From an uncultured delta proteobacterium (lineage in GTDB: Bacteria > Myxococcota_A > Polyangia > Polyangiales > Polyangiaceae): a stretch of DNA of 64,000 bases. This document shows positions 29,347 through 40,214 of this stretch, piece by piece. Location of the stretch: the NCBI GenBank assembly GCA_963696385.1, contig CAVOKF010000002.1:1-64000 (forward strand), written 5' to 3'. Position 1 is the first letter of the stretch. The number at the start of each line of letters is the position of its first letter. The notes under the pieces are model-generated. The model worked only from the letters and a program-made list of their open reading frames with translations. It had not been told where the DNA came from and searched no databases. Position numbers and translations under genes: made by a program.

Positions 29347-30090
29347 CTACGGTGCAAGTGCGAGCGGCTCGAGGCCCATAGCGAGACGTCCGCGCTTGCG
29401 ATCGCGGGCGGGATGGGCGCGGCGAGCGTTGGAATCGAGGAACTTGAGCGCTTCGGCGAGGGCACGACGCAATTGGCGCGGTGAGTCGAGGAGGCCGCGG
29501 AGGACATCGTCGAAGTAATGCTTGCCGGACGCGGCGGCTCGCCGGGTCGAAAGCTCCACCCCCAGCGACGCTTCCGCGAAGTGTGCGAGTGAACGTTTCA
29601 GAAGGGCTGCGAGCAGGCTCGCCCATATCATCGCTTTCGCGATAGCGGCCTTGCCCGTATCGAAAGCATGAAGGTTGGCGTGGGATTTGAACTCTTTGAA
29701 CAGGAGTTCCACCTGCCAGCGGAGGCGATACAAGCCGGCCACGTCGGCGGCGGAGAAGCCGTTGCGAGCGAGGTTGGTGTGCAGGTACACGAACGTCTTG
29801 GCGTTGCGCTGGCCGCGCTTGTAGATCGCTACAATTCGCCCGCGATACACGAATGACTTTGCCTGCCATTCGATGTCGAGATCGACCGTGTGGGCCGGAA
29901 GCCGGTCCCAGTTCAACGTTTGGCAGAGCAACCTGGGGATGGGTTTGCCGGCGCTGTCGAAAGCGGCCCGAAGGGTGGGTCGAATCTTCTTGGTGCCGCG
30001 GACGATAAAGGCGCCGCCCGCTTGATCGACGTCGAAAAAGAATTTTTGCTCCTCGTACCCTCGGTCGGCCAGAAATCGAACCGCATCACG
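29347..30090 (-). pseudogene. IS4 family transposase, 5'-truncated
   Basis: LADRGY, LHTNL, YRLRWQVELLFKEFKS (YREK motif). Confidence 0.85.
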
Positions 30091-30211
30091 ATCGGTCCCG
30101 ACCAGCTCCGACGTCTGCGGGTGGCGAGGATCGCCTTTCCGCGCGACATCATTGCCGCGCACCACCGCCGAGGTGCGAGTGTCAAGGCTGTTGCCGCGAG
30201 ATCCCTTTTTC

Positions 30212-30699
30212 TCACGGTCTTCGCTCGGCCGCTCGGTCCGCGTCGTTCTCCCCCGCAGCCGCCGCCACCGCAACAAGTTCGCCGTCATCGCCAATCGTTT
30301 CGTGCGGCAAGTCGTCAAGGAAACGCCGGCCGCCAGAAAATTGTTCGGCCACGTGCTCCACGAACTGCCGATAGCGGCTCTCGGCACTCGCTCGCGCGGA
30401 CTTCTTGCCATCTTCGGGAATGCTCGGTGTATGCGCAAACCACACGCGAACGAAGACCGCGAATGCCTCCGACAGGAGTTCGACGTCGCGCTGGTTGCGA
30501 GCCAGGGACCGAGTCGGTCCAGGCGTCGCAGGACGAGCAAGGCGTCGCTCGTTCCGTCGAGGTATTGCCGGATGGCGGTTACGACGGAAGCACTCACCGT
30601 CACGTCGCTCGCCGCACAGAATTGCGCAAAGGCGCTGGGCAAGCTCCCTTCCACGTACGGCAGCAGCCGCACGCGGCCGTGACGAACAGTTTTGCTCAT
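30212..30699 (-). pseudogene. ICE/T4SS-associated CopG-like protein, frameshift at ~30500
   Basis: LLVLRRLDRL / RDVELLSEAFAVFVRVWFAHTP...RYRQFVEHV resembles the CopG-family gene next to traG/trbB. Confidence 0.65.
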
Positions 30700-31319
30700 A
30701 GCGTTGTCTCCTGATTGACGGGGCGAAGTTCGGCGTCGGCCTCTTGAGCCGCACGCGTCGTATGATCGTGAATGGCAAGTGCTCGCCCGACGTCTCAGCG
30801 ATGGCGCCTGCTGCCACCTCGCGCGCCGACGTTCGCGCGCCGCCGCCGCATCGGTGATGGCGCAGGAGGGCGGGCGCACGCCATTCGACGATAGGGATCC
30901 ATAAGATCGATCCCCAGGGCGAGGGTCGATGGGCCACGATCCGACGAGGCCCAGGCCACGCCGATCTCGGTAGGATAGTGAAGCTCAACGACGACGTCTC
31001 GGTCGATACCCAGAGTCCGGCGAGAGAGCGCACCAGCAACAACAAAACGCGTCAACGCGCGCATGGGTTCTCCCCGTGGCCTGAGAACACTCGCCCCGAG
31101 TCGGAGCGCCCCTCGCACGGAGGTGACGTCGCTCGGGAGCGACGGCCCATCTGAGTCGGCTATTCGCATTTGTCAAATGCGATACCGATCCGATTCACTC
31201 CATTCGCTCGTAAAGCGACTTAGGTCGACGCGGTGGACAGCGCTCGCTCGCCTTCCGATGCGGCGATGTTCGCGTGTTCGGGGCGACCCGGGGGGCGGGT
31301 GGGCAGGAATTGCTGACCG

Positions 31320-31340
31320 CCTGGTGAATCATTCACCAGG
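31320..31340. promoter_or_regulatory. Perfect 21-bp palindrome (putative operator)
   Basis: CCTGGTGAAT-C-ATTCACCAGG, intergenic. Confidence 0.5.
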
Positions 31341-31689
31341 TGCCTTCCAAGACCATCACGGCCGCGAGCCTCATGATATGGCGCACGACTTGCCATTAGG
31401 GAGTCATGATTCAAAACGCGATTCGCGGACCGCCCCCCGGCGGCATCCGCATTAGGGCCCCCACCTAGCCGCGCGTGCTGACCCCAGCACGCTCTCGAAC
31501 CGAAGGCCGGCGTTTCGATCAGGCCAATAGCAATTAGCCACGATCGACGCTGGACAGGCGCGTACGGGCTTTTTTTGTGATGGCGGGCCGAGTTTTGTCC
31601 TTTTCATCAATCGATTCGGCAAGGCCGATTTTTCGCCTCGCGGGACAGCGGCCCCCAGCCCATGACCGTCCCCGGGATCAGAGGGAGCC

Positions 31690-32259
31690 ATGAAGGTCAC
31701 AGTCGAGTTGTCGCACGACAGCGTGGCGGCGCTTGCGGACGCGCTGGCGGCGCGCTTGAAAGACGCGCCCAAGCTCGCCGTGGAGACTTCCGTTCCCGCG
31801 GGGTTCGTCTCGCGCACCGAGGCGGCTCGGATCGGAGTCGAGCGCAAGGTCTTGATCCGCGCCGAGCGGTCGGGACAGCTGCAAGCCTTCAAACCGGGTC
31901 GCGTCGTGGTGTACCGGCGGCGGGATGTCGAAGCGCTGGTCGAAGCTCACGCGGTGTCGGGCTTTCTCAAAGGTTCCGATACGGAGCCAGAGGTTTTCCG
32001 TCGATTCCTTCGAGAGAGCCTTGCAAACCGCTCGGCAGCGCAAGCGGGGGCGCTGATGGTCAAACGTCTTCCCCGACTTCGTGCGTTAACATTGTCAGCG
32101 CTTGTTCGGATGCGGCGTCGTCATCGCCGCTTCGACCTACTGCGGGGTGTAACGCCGTGCACGTTCGGCCCTTCGGGCACAAACCGTCGGGCAAGAGCAA
32201 AGCGAGACGAGCGCCGCACCATTCGGCACCCAGGTTCTTCGATCTGGTTCCAACAGTGA
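31690..32259 (+). CDS. Excisionase-like HTH protein (C-terminus probably read-through)
   Basis: GAGGGAG RBS; FVSRTEAARIGVERKVLIRAERSGQL...YRRRDVEAL. Confidence 0.6.
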   Translation: MKVTVELSHDSVAALADALAARLKDAPKLAVETSVPAGFVSRTEAARIGVERKVLIRAERSGQLQAFKPGRVVVYRRRDVEALVEAHAVSGFLKGSDTEPEVFRRFLRESLANRSAAQAGALMVKRLPRLRALTLSALVRMRRRHRRFDLLRGVTPCTFGPSGTNRRARAKRDERRTIRHPGSSIWFQQ

Positions 32260-32389
32260 GCGGCCCAGCCCGGTTCGTTCGTCAGCGGCGCCTACGCCCC
32301 ACCCACCGTGATCACTCTATCGAACGGCACCAACACGTTCGCAACCCGGCGGTCGATCGTCTCTCCCGCACGTGTCGAAAATTGCCTAG

Positions 32390-34260
32390 CCCTACTTTCG
32401 CAAAATCGCGACGCGGAGCGAGGCATTGCCGTCACGGGAGGCTTACGTTTGCGGCGTTTTCTCTTTCCATCGCTGGCGACACGGGATAGTGGAAAGAAAT
32501 GCACTTCACGGAGAAGCTCGTCAATGGCAACCGTTACCGCATCGCTGCGCAAGCGGTCTGGGACGCAGCCGCCGGGCAGTCGTATTCTCGGCAGGCCATC
32601 CTTGGACCGGCGGAGATGCCCGTGAGCGTGAAGCTCGCACAGCTGCGGACGGTGGGCCGACGTCCTATCGGCGACGTTGGGGCTCTGGTCTGGGTGGCGG
32701 AGCAGTTAGACGTCGTCGGCACGCTCAATCGTGCGTGCGGCTGGAGTGGAGGAGCGAAGAGCGTGAGCCTTGGTGAAATGGTGCTCGCGGTTGCCGTGCA
32801 GCGAGCGTGTTCACCCGCCGCGAAGTGCCACCTGAGCGCATTCTTGTCGGATGCGATCCCGCGGGTGTCCTGCCTTTCTGCGAAGTCGTTCACCGGACAG
32901 GAATTCCATCGCCTTGCAGCGACGGCGACTGACGCGCAGCTGGAGACGGCGCAGATCGAGTTGGCCCGGGCCGCAGTGTCGAAGTTCGACCTCGGCACGA
33001 ATGTGCTCGCGTTCGACACGACGAATTTTGACACGTACATCGCCACAACAACCGAGGGAGATCTGGCGCGTCGCGGGCACGCAAAAAGCAAACGCGCTGA
33101 CCTCCGCGTAGTGGGTCTTGGTGTACTCGTGACCGAGACTGGACACGTCCCGTTGCTTCACCGGACGTATGCTGGCAATGCATCCGACCATACGGTTCTG
33201 GAAGACTGCCTCGGTGGACTGGCACGGCTCCACGATGCTTTGGACGCGGCCGAGGAACGCAAGCAACCGGGAGAGCGAACGATCGTGCGCGATGGTGGCT
33301 CCTGGGGCGAGCAGACGGAGCTGAATCTCGATGTTGCTGGCTACTACACGCTCGTGTCATTGCCGCTCGGCACGAAGGCCGCTGAGAAGGCGCTCGCAGA
33401 AGCAGCGGGCCGCGGAGCGATGAAGCCTCTGTCAGGCCGACTCCGTCACGTGCGCGCCGCACGTCTTCGCACGTCTGTCGGCGATCTTGACCGAACGCTG
33501 GTTGTGGTCGACAGCCAGGAACTTCTCGCCGGGCAGAAGCGCGGAATCGCAGCGGCCTTGAAGAAGGCGAAAGTCGAGTTGGCGAAACTCGAGCGACGCG
33601 TAACTGCTGGGCGCATCCGACGAGACGCTCTGCAGGCCCGTATCGCCAAAACGCTTCGACGTGAACACCTCACATCCTTCGTGGTCACCCACGTCGGCGG
33701 CACCGAGGACGCCCCAACGTTGCAGTGGAGCGTCGACCCCATCCGACGACGCGAGCTCGAGCGAACACGCCTCGGCAAACGGGTGCTCTGCACCGACAGA
33801 CACAGCTGGTCCAATGAACGGATTGTGACCGCTTGCCGCGGTCAATGGTGCGTCGAGGAGGTCTTCCGCCGATCGAAGAAGGGCGGCGTGGTTCCCTGGG
33901 GACCCTCGCACCAATGGGCCGACACCTCCCTGCGCCTGCACACGTTTGCGACCGTGCTCGGCCTGACGCTCGTTAGCCTTGCCCGGATCGCGATGGGCAC
34001 GACGAAGTCAGCGCGAGCGATGATGAAGACTCTCGCAGAGATTGAGGCAACGCAGGTGAGAGCCACTGGCGGGGGAATGGGCCGTCGCCCGACCTGGCTG
34101 CTCCCGCCCGACATTACCCCGTGGCAAAAGCAGGCGATCGAAGTCTTCGAGCTTGGACGTTGGATGCCTTCACTTCTTTCCACTATGCCGTCACGTCGCA
34201 AACGGGCTGCAATTCACGAGGCGGCGTAACCTGTTTCGCCGCCCGAATGCGAAAGTAGGG
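32390..34260 (+). mobile_element. IS1634-family element, complete
   Basis: TIR CCCTACTTTCGCA / TGCGAAAGTAGGG; CTAG duplicated at 32386-32389 and 34261-34264. Confidence 0.9.
32499..34229 (+). CDS. IS1634 family transposase
   Basis: FDTTNF, RGHAKSKRADL, YAGNASD, VRDGG, RGQWCVEEVFRRSK. Confidence 0.9.
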   Translation: MHFTEKLVNGNRYRIAAQAVWDAAAGQSYSRQAILGPAEMPVSVKLAQLRTVGRRPIGDVGALVWVAEQLDVVGTLNRACGWSGGAKSVSLGEMVLAVAVQRACSPAAKCHLSAFLSDAIPRVSCLSAKSFTGQEFHRLAATATDAQLETAQIELARAAVSKFDLGTNVLAFDTTNFDTYIATTTEGDLARRGHAKSKRADLRVVGLGVLVTETGHVPLLHRTYAGNASDHTVLEDCLGGLARLHDALDAAEERKQPGERTIVRDGGSWGEQTELNLDVAGYYTLVSLPLGTKAAEKALAEAAGRGAMKPLSGRLRHVRAARLRTSVGDLDRTLVVVDSQELLAGQKRGIAAALKKAKVELAKLERRVTAGRIRRDALQARIAKTLRREHLTSFVVTHVGGTEDAPTLQWSVDPIRRRELERTRLGKRVLCTDRHSWSNERIVTACRGQWCVEEVFRRSKKGGVVPWGPSHQWADTSLRLHTFATVLGLTLVSLARIAMGTTKSARAMMKTLAEIEATQVRATGGGMGRRPTWLLPPDITPWQKQAIEVFELGRWMPSLLSTMPSRRKRAAIHEAA

Positions 34261-34275
34261 CTAGGCTCGCTCGGG

Positions 34276-34992
34276 ATGACAGGTGGGCGTGTGGTGCTTC
34301 GCTATTTCCCTGTGCTCGGCCGCGCGCAGGCGCTCCGCCACGCATTGGCCGATGCCGGAATCGCATTCGAAGACGTGCGCGTGCCGCCGGCAGAATGGGC
34401 GCACGTTCGTCAGGACCCCGCGTTCGGGGGTTCGTATCGTGCGCTTCCGACGCTGTCGTGGGGCGATGCGACCGTGTCGGAGACGCTGCCGATCGCGTTT
34501 TTCGTGGCACGGCGCTTGGGGGAGTACGCGCGCCTGAGCGACGAGGCCATCGCGGCTCGCGAGGCCGCCTGCTCCAGTAGCTACATCGACGTGATTCTGC
34601 GTCTTGCCGACGTGATTTATGCGGATGTGTTCTATCCCGGAGCCGATGCAGGCCGCAGCTTCGCGGCGATCGCGTCCCGCATCGTGCAGAAATTGGAGCT
34701 TCTGGACGGGCAAATGCCAGATGGAGCGTGGATCGGCGGTGACACGCCGGCGGTTGCCGATTTCTTCGTAATCGAGGCGTTCGAAAGCGCGCGATACGTT
34801 TTGGGCCCCGCGCGCGACGCGCCGTTGCGCGAGCGCCTGCCGCGGCTCGCGCGGCTTGCCGACGCGCTTCGCGATCGGCCCCTGCTGGTTGGCGCGATGA
34901 AAAGCCGTCCGGCCCGGTTCACGGCGCGCCCGGACGAGGATCGCGTGATCGAGGCCTTGCGCGCGGTCGATCTCGGGTCCGTGGGCCTCTGA
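34276..34992 (+). CDS. Glutathione S-transferase family protein
   Basis: LRYFPVLGRAQALR, LPTL..SETLPI, WIGGDTPAVADF. Confidence 0.85.
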   Translation: MTGGRVVLRYFPVLGRAQALRHALADAGIAFEDVRVPPAEWAHVRQDPAFGGSYRALPTLSWGDATVSETLPIAFFVARRLGEYARLSDEAIAAREAACSSSYIDVILRLADVIYADVFYPGADAGRSFAAIASRIVQKLELLDGQMPDGAWIGGDTPAVADFFVIEAFESARYVLGPARDAPLRERLPRLARLADALRDRPLLVGAMKSRPARFTARPDEDRVIEALRAVDLGSVGL

Positions 34993-35004
34993 GGAGGGCG
35001 GGCT

Positions 35005-36348
35005 ATGCCGAAGGAACGTCGCGGGACGGTCGAATACGACGCCAAGAAAGGCTGCTACCGGATCCGGCTTACGCTCAACGACGGCAGCCGTCCGTGGGTG
35101 GACCTGACCCCGACCGCCCGCTCGGCGCTGGCCGAGAAGCGAGCGCGCGAGGTGGCGGTGCAGCGCTCGAAGATCGCGCGACAGGAGAACCTTCGCGCCG
35201 AGGACTTCGGCTTGAAGCCTCGGGCGGAAAAGGTCGACGCACTGGCGGCTCCGGCTACGGACGTCATGGAGCGGTGGCTCGAGGCGTGGACCCAGCACCG
35301 ACAGCGGCGCGGCCTATCGACGGCGAGCGAATCGGAGCGCATGTACCGACGGCACGTGGCGCCCGTCATCGCGACCCATGTGCGGGTGTGGACGGGCGAC
35401 GACTTCCGGCGTCTTTCCCGGACACTCGACGAGAAAGTTCGGACGGGCGAGCTGTCTTGGAAGAGTGCACTCAATGTCTGGGGCGTGGCCACCAAGATGG
35501 CGACCGATGCGGCGAGCTCAAAGCTCGACGAGATTCGGTGCCGATCGGACGATCCCTCGCACAGGGTCGAGGGGCCGGACCGGGGCGTCCGCAAGGTCAA
35601 GCAGTATCTCTATCCGTCGGAGCTCTTGACGCTGGTCGCGTCGGAGCGGGTGCCGATCCGATGGCGGCGACTGTTCGCGCTCGCGGTCTACTCGTACGCG
35701 CGTTCGGGCGAGCTCGAGGCACTCGAGCGGTCCGACGTCGACTTGGAGCACGCCACCGTGCACGTGCACCGGAGCGTCGACCGGGTGCGCAACAAGGGCA
35801 AGGTCAAGTCGACCAAGTCGGCGGTCGCTCGCCGTATCCCGATCGAGCCGGAGCTCGTGCCGCTGATGCGGGTGTTGGTCGCGGAAACGCAGAACCGAAT
35901 CTTCAAGATGCCGTCGGTGGGCGTGCTGTCGTCCAAGTTGAAGCACTACCTCGCGCAGGCGGGGGTGCAACGCTCCGAACTCTTCACGAGCGATGCGACG
36001 CGCAAAGCCATCACGTTCCACGACTTGCGGGCGACCGGGATCACCTGGTGCGCGGTGCGCGGCGACGATCCGTTGAAGATCATGCAGCGGGCCGGACATG
36101 CAAGTTTCGAGACGACCCGGGGCTACATCCGGGAGGCGGAAAACCTCCGCTCGAGCTTCGGTTCGGTCTTCCCTGCCCTACCGAAAAGCCTGCTCGAATC
36201 GTCCGTGGAATCGTCCCGAGGGAGGCCAAAATCACCTAACCAGATGAGTTCATTAGACAAATCGAGTGGAGCTGACGGGAATCGAACTCGACCATGCGCT
36301 TTCCGGGAAAACCGAGCGACTTCGCGAACTTGGCCACTAACAGGATGA
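35005..36348 (+). CDS. Tyrosine recombinase (phage-type integrase)
   Basis: ARSGEL (R), TKS (K), FHDLRAT (HxxR), GHASFETTRGY (H,Y); GGAGG RBS. Confidence 0.95.
   Translation: MPKERRGTVEYDAKKGCYRIRLTLNDGSRPWVDLTPTARSALAEKRAREVAVQRSKIARQENLRAEDFGLKPRAEKVDALAAPATDVMERWLEAWTQHRQRRGLSTASESERMYRRHVAPVIATHVRVWTGDDFRRLSRTLDEKVRTGELSWKSALNVWGVATKMATDAASSKLDEIRCRSDDPSHRVEGPDRGVRKVKQYLYPSELLTLVASERVPIRWRRLFALAVYSYARSGELEALERSDVDLEHATVHVHRSVDRVRNKGKVKSTKSAVARRIPIEPELVPLMRVLVAETQNRIFKMPSVGVLSSKLKHYLAQAGVQRSELFTSDATRKAITFHDLRATGITWCAVRGDDPLKIMQRAGHASFETTRGYIREAENLRSSFGSVFPALPKSLLESSVESSRGRPKSPNQMSSLDKSSGADGNRTRPCAFRENRATSRTWPLTG
36266..36290 (-). other. tRNA/tmRNA 3'-end fragment (att core) inside the integrase 3' end
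   Basis: Minus strand CGAGTTCGATTCCCGTCAGCTCCAC = T-loop plus acceptor strand. Confidence 0.65.
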
Positions 36349-36383
36349 AAACACTCCGGAATGCTCGTGCCGTCTCGATCCCT

Positions 36384-36779
36384 TCAGTTCCCTCTCGTTC
36401 CCTCTCTGGCTGCAGAGTCGGAGCAACATGAAGGGGGATCCGTTACGACCTGCCCATCCGCGACCGGCGCCACCACGCCCCGCTGCCGAGCCTTGCGGCC
36501 TCGCCGGCCCGGATGTGCTTGGCGAAACCAGTGCTGCCGGTCGCGGTTGTTCTGCCGACCCTCCACCGTCGTCGCTTCCAACCGCCGCGCCGTGCGACAG
36601 ATCCGCGCGCGCCCTACCCCTTGGCACGCCTCGCTGCAGTAGCGGCGCTCGCCGAACCGATCGCACCTGGCGCACGCGTAGAACCCCTCGCCGCAGGCCC
36701 CACAGCACGCAAAACGAAGCGGCTGCTCGACTCCCTCATGCTCGTGCACGCGTCCATTCCACGGACGCGTGATGCGCAC
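36384..36779 (-). CDS. Small Cys-rich hypothetical protein (mobile-element associated)
   Basis: CGAC..FYACARCDR..RRYCSEAC. Confidence 0.45.
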   Translation of the reverse strand: MRITRPWNGRVHEHEGVEQPLRFACCGACGEGFYACARCDRFGERRYCSEACQGVGRARICRTARRLEATTVEGRQNNRDRQHWFRQAHPGRRGRKARQRGVVAPVADGQVVTDPPSCCSDSAAREGTRGN

Positions 36780-37285
36780 GGGTTGACCCGGCGCTTGCTC
36801 TCAGGCACCGTCCGCGGCGTCCAGAGCCGCGTCCGCGTCTGGGCCGAAGGCTCGGGGTTGCCGCCCTGGGCCTTCACTCTTTTGTGCGTCCATTTCGTCG
36901 CGCCTTCTACGCCAGCACGCGCGCCGACACGAGCGGGGACCCTTCCCGCCGGCTCTCACGCAAGAGGATGGCCTTTGCGACCCGTCCTGAACGAATGCTC
37001 GGGCGTCCTACGCCCTGACGCGTCCCGGATCAGGCGGTTCTTCGCGTCGCTCTACAGACCCCCTTCGATTCGAGCTCGCTTCGTGTGCCGTTGCGCTTTG
37101 CCGCCGACTTGCGAGCCTGCTAGTGGCCACCGGACGCCACGAGACATCTCGCAGTTTCGCGCTATCCGCACGCGGCGTCGCGAGAATCTTGCGGCGAATG
37201 CGCAGACCGACCGGGCTGACGACCACGCCTCGAGGGTGCGCCAGCGGGCTCGTTTGCAGTACAGGCGCACACAGAGCTCCGAGGC

Positions 37286-37750
37286 TCAGCGCCCGTCGAC
37301 GAATTGACGGAACCGGCCGTCGCGAAAGGCGAGGGCCAGCTCCTTGCCTCGTGCAGCAGCGTTCGTTAGCTCAGTACGCGCGAAACCTTGCCGAAAGAAG
37401 TCGTTGAACCCAGCGACCCGGTGCAGCGCTTCCTGATCGCCTTCCACGAATCCCATGCTCCAGTTGCCGAAGCTGCGCTGAGGCAGGCTTCCTTGCATCA
37501 GCACGAGGATGCGATCGTGACGGGGATCCGCGGAGATATTCCGATAGAGGCCAGTCACCGCCGGCTCGAGGCCTTCCAAAATTTGGAAGAACGATCCTTG
37601 TCGATGCACGAGCATGCCGCTCACGCCGAGCCGTCCGTTGTTGGCTCGCGCATCCGTCAGTAGGACCGTCAGATCCGCGGCGCTAAACGGCTTCTTGGCC
37701 GCGCTGACATAGATGATCTGGTGCAGCTCCGGGGGAGGAACAGGATTCAT
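37286..37750 (-). CDS. Stand-alone BLUF blue-light sensor
   Basis: IIYVS, ARANN..GVSGML, FFQILEG, DPRH, FGNWSM. Confidence 0.92.
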   Translation of the reverse strand: MNPVPPPELHQIIYVSAAKKPFSAADLTVLLTDARANNGRLGVSGMLVHRQGSFFQILEGLEPAVTGLYRNISADPRHDRILVLMQGSLPQRSFGNWSMGFVEGDQEALHRVAGFNDFFRQGFARTELTNAAARGKELALAFRDGRFRQFVDGR

Positions 37751-38011
37751 GGTCGAACCTTCGCCCGTGAGGGACCGATGCCGGCGGCTCGGCGGCCATC
37801 TGCGGGGTTAACGCCCGAGGCGGCAGTCGACTTTAGAGCGGCCAGGAATTCGCTCGAGCAGCCGGGGGGACTTTGCGGGAGACAGGGGGCTACCGCCCTC
37901 GGCCTTGCGAAGAAACCGGACGATGCGGTGGCCACGAGCCCCATGCGAAGTCGATATTTTCGCAAGGCATCGGTCTTGCGTTCGATCGGCGCAACTTTGG
38001 AGGCCGCTCGG

Positions 38012-39328
38012 ATGCAACGGACCGCGACATCTCGGCTCGCAGCCTGCCTGGTGCTGCTCGCGGCCCATATTGGAGCGAGCTGCGGCAGCGCGAGCTTATC
38101 GCATAGCGGCGCCGCCCCGAGCGGCGTGGGCGAAAGCGATGTTGCGAGCAGTAGCCTAGCTATAGCCTGTTGCGAAACGGGCGGCTGAGGCGCTTTCGCA
38201 ACAGGCTATAGCTAGGGACGCAGGACAGCAGCGGCTCCGGCGGCGACGCCAGCGCGAGCGACGGCACCGCGACGTTCGACGGCGGAACCGGGGCCGGCAA
38301 CCCGTATGGTCCTGCAGCACCGGCATTCCCGCGCAGGGCCAAGCGGCCGATGTATCCAATCCGACGACGGTCGTTTGGCACCGGGAGTCCCGCGAGTTGC
38401 ACCTTTGACGAGCTCGGCGCGGCTGTCCTTCAAGGTGGCATCATCACTTTCAATTGCGGCCGCGCTCCGGTCGTCATCGCCGTGACTGCCACTCTGAACG
38501 TCCCGATCGACCGGAACACCGTCATCGACGGCGGAAACCAGGTCACACTCGACGGAGAGAATCGGGTGCGAATCATGAGCTTCAATAGCCCGGGCTGGAT
38601 GACCAACAACTACGGATTAACGCTCCAGCACATCTCGCTCGTCAACGGCAAGACGACGCCCACCCAAGCGATCCCGGTAGCTCCGGCGCCTTGTTCTCAA
38701 GGGTGGGACGACGGACAAGGCGGCGCCGTGTATCTGCGTGACGGCAGCCTCACGGTCATCGACGCTACGTTCGCGAACAATCAGGCCGCGCCTCTCGGGC
38801 CGGACACGGGCGGGGACGCGATTTACGTGAACGGATGCAAAACCGGGGCATGGATCGTGAGCAGCACGTTCACCCACAACACCGCGAGCAACGCCGGAGC
38901 CGTCGGTGGCCTCGATGCGGAGCTCGACGTCTACGACAGCCTATTTACGAGAAACCAAGCCATCGGCAACGGCGCCAACGACCACGACCCATCCACGTGC
39001 TCGGCCATGAACAACGGCCAAAACGAGGTCGGGTCGGGCGGAAACGGCGGCGCCGTGTACAGCGACGGAGACTCGAAGAACATCACCCTTTGCGGAGACG
39101 CCATCCAGGACAACAGCGCAGGGGTCAACGCGTTCGGGGGAGGCCTCTTCTTCACGAGCGACGACATGATGGGCACGCTCGCCATCGTGGACTCGACGAT
39201 GACGGGGAAATACGGGCGGTTCCTGGACGAACGTCTCCTCGGGCCCCGTGACGAACGCGGGAACGGCGATCGGGGTGAACGCGAAGAGCATCACGGTGAC
39301 CCATTCCACGCTCCAAGGGGAGCCGTAG
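38012..39328 (+). pseudogene. Secreted beta-helix (Pmp-like GGA[IV]) lipoprotein, disrupted
   Basis: Signal peptide ...GASCG, GGAVY/FxxN repeats; 56-bp insertion at 38160 plus further frameshifts. Confidence 0.7.
38155..38216. mobile_element. Miniature hairpin insertion with CTAG duplication
   Basis: 23-bp perfect arms cctagctatagcctgttgcgaaa / tttcgcaacaggctatagctagg around a 16-nt loop. Confidence 0.8.
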
Positions 39329-39899
39329 GTCGGGTACCGGCGTCGCGCGCTCGATGGGACCTGAACTGAAGGAAAGGACCGTCGAGCGATCAAGGAAGCG
39401 TGCTTGCCCGACCAGGCCCCCGGCATCGGGCTGGAGGAAACGAGCGGCAATCACGTCGGCGGAGTCGTTCTCTCGGCGGTGTTCGAGGACCTTGGTCCGC
39501 CCAGCAACAGGACCGAATGGCAGGAACTCGACGTCGCGCGCCCTTTCATCGAGCGGCGTCGGAGCGTGGGCTCCGACAACTCCACCGGCAACCGCGATTG
39601 AGGGATGCGTCGCCGCGAAAGCCCCCAGTAGTCCGGTCGCGGGACGTGTCGTGACTGCATTTCCCGATCTCAATACGGAGAACGCGGCGAAAGTCGTCTC
39701 CATTGGCCCGATGCTGCAAGGGCTCGCCAAGCCCGTCAACGACCTTTAGCGCGGCGCGCTGGTGGACGACATCGTCTACACGATTGCGTTCACCGTAGCG
39801 TGTGTGTGAATCGACTGATTCGCTCGCTCAATCGCCGGTCAGGTAGGCGAGAGGCGCGGGCGGTGGAGGTCGTCGCTTGGCCGTATCACGTGCGACGAG

Positions 39900-40200
39900 T
39901 ATGCACTTCAGCAGAGTTTCGAGGGCGCTCCCGTACAGGAGCATGTCGGCCGGGAACGAGAAGGTCGGCGTGCTCGCCTTGTCGAGTGCCGCGACGTACT
40001 CGAGAGTGAGCTTCACGTCGAGCGCGCCGACGTTGTCGTCGAGCTGCGCCATCGTGCGCGCGCCGATGCTCGTCGAGGTGACGCCCGGCCGATTCTGGAC
40101 CCAGAAGAGAGCGATGCGAGGCGCGGTCGTGCCTATCTCCCTCGCGATGCTCTCCATGAGGTGGAGGAGGTCGAAGGTGCGATCGTCGAGGTAATTCGTG
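39900..40200 (-). pseudogene. Aldo/keto reductase C-terminal fragment
   Basis: IALFWVQNRPGVTSTSIGARTMAQLDDN. Confidence 0.7.
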
Positions 40201-40214
40201 ACGCGCGCGCCGCG

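Noticed and set aside
30790..30870. Chorismate synthase-like motif GGGARTSAREVAAGAIA
   Set aside because: Short, low-complexity match with no supporting flanking similarity
29347..30879. 510-aa ORF as a single protein
   Set aside because: Chance in-frame chimera of a CopG-like start and an IS4 fragment
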